From the NCBI GenBank assembly GCA_963799115.1, contig CAWCVY010000049.1, positions 3,901-67,900 of the forward strand: a stretch of 64,000 nt of DNA, in the 5' to 3' direction. Positions 58,720 to 64,000 of the stretch are shown here, one piece after another. Numbering within the stretch: the first letter of the stretch is position 1; each line of letters opens with the position of its first letter. The position numbers were made by a program, and so were the translations under genes. The notes below the pieces were generated by a model. It worked only from the letters and a program-made list of their open reading frames with translations, was not told the DNA's origin and searched no databases. The DNA comes from an uncultured Chlamydiae bacterium (GTDB taxonomy: Bacteria; Chlamydiota; Chlamydiia; Chlamydiales; Parachlamydiaceae).

Positions 58720-59862
58720 GTGAATTTTAGATTTTTAAATATTCCTGTGCAGATTCATCCCACCTTCTGGATTTTTTTGCTTTTTTTTACGAGATTCTAT
58801 CAAGATCCTTCTATCGAAAGTGTCATTGTTGGAATGGTGTTAATTATAAGTCTTCTTGTACATGAGTATGGACATGCTCTAACAGCTGTATATTTCGGAG
58901 CAAGTCCTACAATCACCTTAGAAGCATTTGGGGGAAAGGCTCACTATAATGCTAGAGGGATTACACCTAAGCAGGAATTCCTCATTACTCTTAATGGACC
59001 GCTACTTGAAAGCCTTTTGATCGTCCTCCCTTATTTTTGGCTAAAAATGGATTTTTTTGCGGGTCATCCTTATATTCAGTATTTTCTCTATGTCACCATG
59101 CGTTTGAATATCGTATGGTGCCTGCTCAATCTAATTCCTTTAGCTCCTCTTGATGGAGGCCATCTGGTGCGCTATATGCTTGAAAAAAAGTTTGGGGAGA
59201 ATGGACATAAATTAAGCATTATTACCGGTTTAATTTGTGTTATTTTAGTGGCCCCTTATCTCTATTATGAGGGATATTTCTTCTTTGGAACTTTGTTAGT
59301 TATCTTTGGCTTTCAAAATTTACAAATACTTCGAGGATTTCGGGTTTCTGTGAGGGAAAGTAGCCCTTTTAGCACTTATTTAATGGGGATTAATGCAATA
59401 AATGACAATGAGCCCGAAAAGGCCAAAATGTATTTAACCCCACTTCTCAAATCTAAACAGATGAATATTAAACACTCAGCTATCGAATCACTAGCGCAAG
59501 TCTATTTTCGGGAAAATGAACCCCAAAAAGCTTACAAACTGCTTTTGAACGGGGAGCATCAATTTCTTAAAGAAGGGAAATGTTTGCTTTGTAAATTGGC
59601 TTTTGAACGGAAAAATTACAAGTTAGTAGGGGAGTATTCAAGGGATGTCTATGATAGGGAGCCTACCTATGAGATTGCCCTTCTAAATTCCAAAGCTTTT
59701 GCCTATTTGAAACAGCCGGCTCTTTCGGGTGCATGGCTAGTCACGGCTTCCCAATTTGGAACTGAGTACAAGGAAAATATAAAGAGCGTCCTATTGCATG
59801 AAGCATATGATTATGTGAGAGATCAAGCGGATTTTAAACAATATTCCGCAACGATTCAATAA
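58720..59862 (+). CDS. M50-family (site-2 protease-like) membrane metalloprotease with a C-terminal TPR-like domain
   Basis: The translation carries HEYGHA in a TM helix and the second motif NLIPLAPLDGGH. A C-terminal soluble helical-repeat region of about 170 aa follows. Confidence 0.8.
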   Translation: MNFRFLNIPVQIHPTFWIFLLFFTRFYQDPSIESVIVGMVLIISLLVHEYGHALTAVYFGASPTITLEAFGGKAHYNARGITPKQEFLITLNGPLLESLLIVLPYFWLKMDFFAGHPYIQYFLYVTMRLNIVWCLLNLIPLAPLDGGHLVRYMLEKKFGENGHKLSIITGLICVILVAPYLYYEGYFFFGTLLVIFGFQNLQILRGFRVSVRESSPFSTYLMGINAINDNEPEKAKMYLTPLLKSKQMNIKHSAIESLAQVYFRENEPQKAYKLLLNGEHQFLKEGKCLLCKLAFERKNYKLVGEYSRDVYDREPTYEIALLNSKAFAYLKQPALSGAWLVTASQFGTEYKENIKSVLLHEAYDYVRDQADFKQYSATIQ

Positions 59863-60149
59863 AATCCCAATGATTTTCCGGGTAAGATTTTCATATAAAA
59901 GTGGTTGACGAGTTGATAGAGCTGTTATTTTTGGTGGCAAATACTCTCCAATCAGATCTTCGTTTATCCTGTCCATCATGTCCATCCTGATAAAAAATTT
60001 ATATCTCATTTTAGCAATGGTTAGGATTTTGCCCTCTTTACGAAAATTTTTCTTCAAAATTTGTATTTATCAGTGCGAATTTTTATTAGCGGGAATTGCT
60101 GTTTCTTTTTTAAAAGATCCCTCTTGTCCCCTCCAACAAACCTAAAAAA

Positions 60150-61159
60150 TCATTTCTCCATCACCCAATAGGAAGGAGACACTAAAAGGCCTCTTGTTGT
60201 TGTCGTTTCAATAGGCCTAATTTCTTGTATATGGAGCGCTTTCATGATAGCTAATGTCAAAATGCAGTTAGAAACATCTACGTGAGCGAAGGGGTTATTA
60301 AGTTCTTCATCGGTTTTATTTAAAGAGTTCTCGATAAACTTTCGTAATCCACTTCGAGTGATGACGTCACCTTTAGAAGCAAGGGGTCGAATACTATGAT
60401 AAAACAGACGTCCGATCCCAATAATGGAACCCTGAGCTTGAATTTTCTGTTTAATAATGGGATAAGCCTTTCTGGCAAAAGCGCGGGCATAACTATCAGC
60501 TGATTTAAGGTCTTCTTCACTCATAGGATTGGGTGAGATCGTGTCCTCTATCTCATTTTCCTGTATGACATCGACAATGTAGTTTTTAAATGCTACCGAG
60601 CCCATCTGCTCTCCCATGTAAACCGTTAAGCCTTGGCTGGTATTCGTAGTAGTGATTTGAAGGCTGCCTGTACCAATATCCCAAACAACTGCTTCTTCAG
60701 GATTAAATTCACCAGAGGCTAGAGCACTAAAGAAAGCAATTTCACCTTCCTCTCTCTGTGGAATAACTGAACGCGAATCTTTGTTCGCTTTTCGATTTCT
60801 GAAATAAATTCTTTGCTATTATTAGCTTTTCGAAATGCTGATGTCGCAATAGCTACAATTTTCTGAACTTGGTATTGATCTGCTATTTCTTTAATTTCTT
60901 TAAAAGTCTTCAATCCAAGGTCTTTCGTTTCCAGATCAAAAGTGCCATCTACAGATTTGTCAAGAGAGGCCTGATAAGGAACTGGAAAAGAGGCATCTAG
61001 AACAATCTGAACAATTTGATTTGTTTCTGTATCGATGTCTGCAGTTGCCACTTTTGTTCCACCCGAACCAATATCAATCGCCGCTCGTCGTTCCACATCT
61101 GCATTAACTTGAGTAAAAGCAGAAATTACAAACAATATAACAAAATAAAGATGCTTCAT
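60150..61159 (-). pseudogene. Secreted ASKHA-fold phosphatase (Ppx/GppA- or NTPDase-like), frameshifted
   Basis: The signal peptide is MKHLYFVILFVISAFTQVNA. The phosphate-1 motif is AAIDIGSGGTKV. After the frame break near 60770..60780 the protein continues QREEGEIAFFSAL...VVWDIGTGSLQIT (phosphate-2 motif). Confidence 0.65.
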
Positions 61160-61495
61160 ATAAGCCTTGTTTTTTTAAGTAAATAATATTAATTTTTCGA
61201 TTTGTTTAATAATAAGACAGGTATAGTAATCAACGGTCGAAAAAGTGAAACCTGGGAAGTCGTCAGAATGACGAGAACAAAGGGTTTTTGGATAAAACTT
61301 TTCAACGTAACGCATTTCCTTGATGCGTTGAATAAGGGTTCATCCTTAAAGCTTAAAGAAATCGTAAATTATTTTCAATAAAAAGCGTATCTAATTAATT
61401 AAATTTTAATATTTACGTACTAAAGGAATATTATATGATAACGGTACCATTTCCCATATAGTTCCTCGCTCTGGTTACAGAAGTTGTTGTATTTC

Positions 61496-62176
61496 TTAAA
61501 AGGATGCGTTTGAATCTCTTAAAAATTCAATTTCTTCTGGAGTAGATTCCCTGCTCAAAATTCCATTTCTATGAGGAAAGCGCCCAAATTTTGCTATGAT
61601 TTCATGATGCCGCCAAGCATAGTTCTCAAAGCTTATGAAATGAGCGGCTTGCTCTGGTGGAACCGCAGAAAGAATGGCATGAAATTTTTGTACTGACATT
61701 TCTTGTAGCTCTATATTTTCAGAATGCTCCAAAGGGAGGTAAAAGAAGACTCGCTCAATAGGAAGCAAAGCCTGATCATGTCCTTGAATAAGACCTTCCA
61801 GAGTTAGCTCTTGAGCAATATTGTCAAAGGCAAATGCCTTAGGGGTTCCTCGATAGATGTTTCGAGTAAATTGATCGATAAGAATAATGAGTGCTAAACA
61901 CCCCCTTGGTGTTTCTTTCCAGGCATCCAGTTCATTTTGCGTAGCAGCTATGACCTGTTCCTCAAAGCGATTACGTATCTCTTTATCGATATCATCTCCG
62001 CCCCCAAACCATTGTTTAGCTTTATCTTTGGGATAAACTTCACCTGTTTGCAAAGAACCAAACCAATATTCTAATATCTCTTGAATTTTTGGGGGCTCTT
62101 GGATGGCTGTAGCACATGTTATAAATCCAAAGGAGCATATAACTACTCCAATGATTTTTTTTATTGATATTGCCAT
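61496..62176 (-). CDS. DUF924-family protein with a signal peptide
   Basis: The segments WFGGGDDIDKEIRNRFEEQV and LALIILIDQFTRNIYRGTPKAFAFD match the DUF924 core as I remember it. Confidence 0.65.
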   Translation of the reverse strand: MAISIKKIIGVVICSFGFITCATAIQEPPKIQEILEYWFGSLQTGEVYPKDKAKQWFGGGDDIDKEIRNRFEEQVIAATQNELDAWKETPRGCLALIILIDQFTRNIYRGTPKAFAFDNIAQELTLEGLIQGHDQALLPIERVFFYLPLEHSENIELQEMSVQKFHAILSAVPPEQAAHFISFENYAWRHHEIIAKFGRFPHRNGILSRESTPEEIEFLRDSNASF

Positions 62177-62356
62177 GATTCAACCTTTATTAATTTCATT
62201 TTAATATAATCTAAAACCTACTTATAGAGCTATCTTTTTGGCATTACGAAGATCTTTCATGCTTCTTCGACTGGCTTAAAGCGCAGGCAGTGTAGAACAA
62301 GACATGGATTTATCTCAGTAAAAGAGAAAGTTCGTGCTCAGGGATGAAAAAGAAGC

Positions 62357-63130
62357 TCAAAAAGAACGCGTAATAACTAGTCCCGCTTTATGGAAGTGGC
62401 ACTTGTCTTCAAAATTAAAAAAGCGATATTCAAGGCCTAACTTTAGATTGTGGCAAAAAGAATAGCTTATTCCTGCAATAATTTGCCAAGTAAAAGCTCC
62501 TTCATCGAACTCACGCTTCACTCGTCCTTTCGCCACAAGAACGTGAGAATTATTAGATCTTAAAGAGTCGGTTTGGTGTTTCTGTGTGCACATTGATTCT
62601 TTATATATCTTTTGCACATTCAATTCTTCAAACACTTCATCTAAATGTTCGCATACAAAGGAGTTAGCTCCCCATATCTCAAATTTATCATATTCGGAAG
62701 AATGATTTCTCGAGTATCCCAAACCAATGCCAATATAGGGATTTATAGGGAAGTTTAAATCAAAATCATATAGAATATTGGCCAGATAGGACCAAGATCT
62801 TGAGTGGCCATCAATCTTTTTGCATCGGTGTCGAGGTAGGAGTTTAATATAATTCATCTCGAGTAGTTGATAGGAGATCTCGCACTCAATTTTAAAATTA
62901 TTGGCAAATTTGTAACCTAAAGCACCCCCTAAATAGTAACCAGGCTGATAGTGTAAGTAACGATTACTCGTATCAAAGAAATCGATTCCACCTATCAAAC
63001 TAAGATAAAGACCTTTGCCTTCCCTATCTTGAAACGTCGGGTTTTCTACTAGTTCTGTTTGGTAGCAAGCAGCGCGGCTTTGATTTGCAAGACAGCAAAA
63101 AAGTAATGCAAAGATTATTAAGTATCTCAT
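62357..63130 (-). CDS. Outer-membrane beta-barrel protein candidate
   Basis: A signal peptide (MRYLIIFALLFCCLANQSRA) is present. The sequence shows alternating aromatic/hydrophobic strands, with GxGxGY segments. The C-terminus ends in ...GLVITRSF with a terminal Phe. Confidence 0.6.
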   Translation of the reverse strand: MRYLIIFALLFCCLANQSRAACYQTELVENPTFQDREGKGLYLSLIGGIDFFDTSNRYLHYQPGYYLGGALGYKFANNFKIECEISYQLLEMNYIKLLPRHRCKKIDGHSRSWSYLANILYDFDLNFPINPYIGIGLGYSRNHSSEYDKFEIWGANSFVCEHLDEVFEELNVQKIYKESMCTQKHQTDSLRSNNSHVLVAKGRVKREFDEGAFTWQIIAGISYSFCHNLKLGLEYRFFNFEDKCHFHKAGLVITRSF

Positions 63131-63353
63131 TTATAAGCACCTATATGATAAGCATTTTCACTAATGCTTTTTAGGGAAGGTCAAGAGAGGATTTGATTTC
63201 GCTGTAAATGCGATCAATCAACTTAAACCTTCTTGCAATTTATTGACTTTGCTAATTTTTATTTTTAACACCTTGAAAGTTAAATTTTTATGTAATAAGA
63301 ATTTTAAAGTTTTTTTGCTTAATGAGAAGTTAATTTTGCAACAGCATATATTA

Positions 63354-63517
63354 AACTTCGTGCATAATTCATTTCCTTGCCCTTGCCCAAAAAAAAATCA
63401 AAAAAGAGTGGTTATCAAAGAGGCTGAAAGTAAAAGGACTTCTCGAAGAGGAAAACACCACATCTTTTCGTTAATCGGGCAAGGGCAAGGGCAAGGAAAA
63501 TGAATTATGCAAGAAGT
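63354..63517. mobile_element. 164-bp MITE of the TA-flanked TIR family (copy B3, no ORF)
   Basis: The TIRs are aacttcgtgcataattcatttccttgcccttgccc / gggcaagggcaagggcaaggaaaatgaattatgcaagaagtc. TA lies at 63352..63353 and 63518..63519. Confidence 0.75.
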
Positions 63518-63624
63518 CTAATATGAAAATCAAGATTCTAGACCTAAATGATTTTGGAGTGTGGCAAAATGGAAAACCATTTAAAATTAAATCCTGCCTA
63601 CACCTCGATGATAAGGAGATTCTC

Positions 63625-64000
63625 ATGACCCGCTCAGCTATTTGGATTCTCATCAGCTGTTTTTACTTTATAGCACTTTTTGCTGAAGAGGAAACACTTC
63701 CTCCTCTTGAGCCATTTACCTCCTCACTTGTTGAAACACAAAGTTTATTATCTACAAGCGTAGATTCTGTTTCTACAATATCGGGGGAGTGGCTTGTCTC
63801 TGAAACCGATTTCGTTGTACTAGGTCCTGACCCCCTGGTTTTGAATCGCCATTATTCCGGAGACCTTTCTCATAGTGATAAGCTAGGCTACAATTGGGAC
63901 TTTAACCGACCCCATAAACTTATTTTTAACTCAAAGGAAAAAGGTGCAAGGCATTTTAAAGTTAGAGCTCGTTTGAATCAGGCATCCGGTGTAGCGACAA
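63625..64000 (+). CDS. N-terminus of a large secreted RHS/YD-repeat-like protein (partial, runs off the window)
   Basis: AAGGAG lies 7 nt upstream of the ATG at 63625. A signal peptide (MTRSAIWILISCFYFIALFA) is present. The following segment SGEWLVSETDFVVLGPDPLVLNRHYSG...LGYNWDFN resembles the first RHS/YD-type repeats (G.. ...D..L.G...L.L.R.Y.S....G.GW). Confidence 0.45.
   Translation, partial: MTRSAIWILISCFYFIALFAEEETLPPLEPFTSSLVETQSLLSTSVDSVSTISGEWLVSETDFVVLGPDPLVLNRHYSGDLSHSDKLGYNWDFNRPHKLIFNSKEKGARHFKVRARLNQASGVAT

Overview
The window is a gene-dense bacterial chromosome segment of roughly 35-40% GC by eye. Its gene content points to an environmental, amoeba-associated member of the Chlamydiae, which is an inference. 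Supporting genes are a plant-type glycerol-3-phosphate acyltransferase, F-box/LRR and ANK+SET eukaryote-like proteins, an Inc-like bilobed membrane protein, and the yceD-rpmF-plsX, proS, pepA and RNase G housekeeping genes. Three things stand out. (1) Small mobile DNA is very dense: at least five MITE or palindromic-repeat families, several with recognisable target-site duplications. They include a TA-flanked inverted-repeat family carrying an Avd/23S-IVS-type four-helix-bundle gene, a group II intron sitting inside a palindromic repeat, a decayed IS5-like transposase, and 213-bp near-perfect inverted repeats around an M3 peptidase gene. (2) At least 13 genes are frame-disrupted, which means either genome decay or indel errors in the assembly. 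(3) There is a tight six-gene operon on the minus strand (membrane protein, DUF4129, DUF4350, MoxR, DUF58, RDD/SpoIIM) whose function is unknown. The window also holds an umuDC pair, three toxin-antitoxin loci (one inactivated by a MITE), a thiamine-salvage pair, two tandem serine-hydrolase paralogs, and the start of an RHS-like gene. No CRISPR array or rRNA gene was seen, and there is one tRNA (Pro-CGG). All family assignments come from motif recognition by eye, not from database searches.
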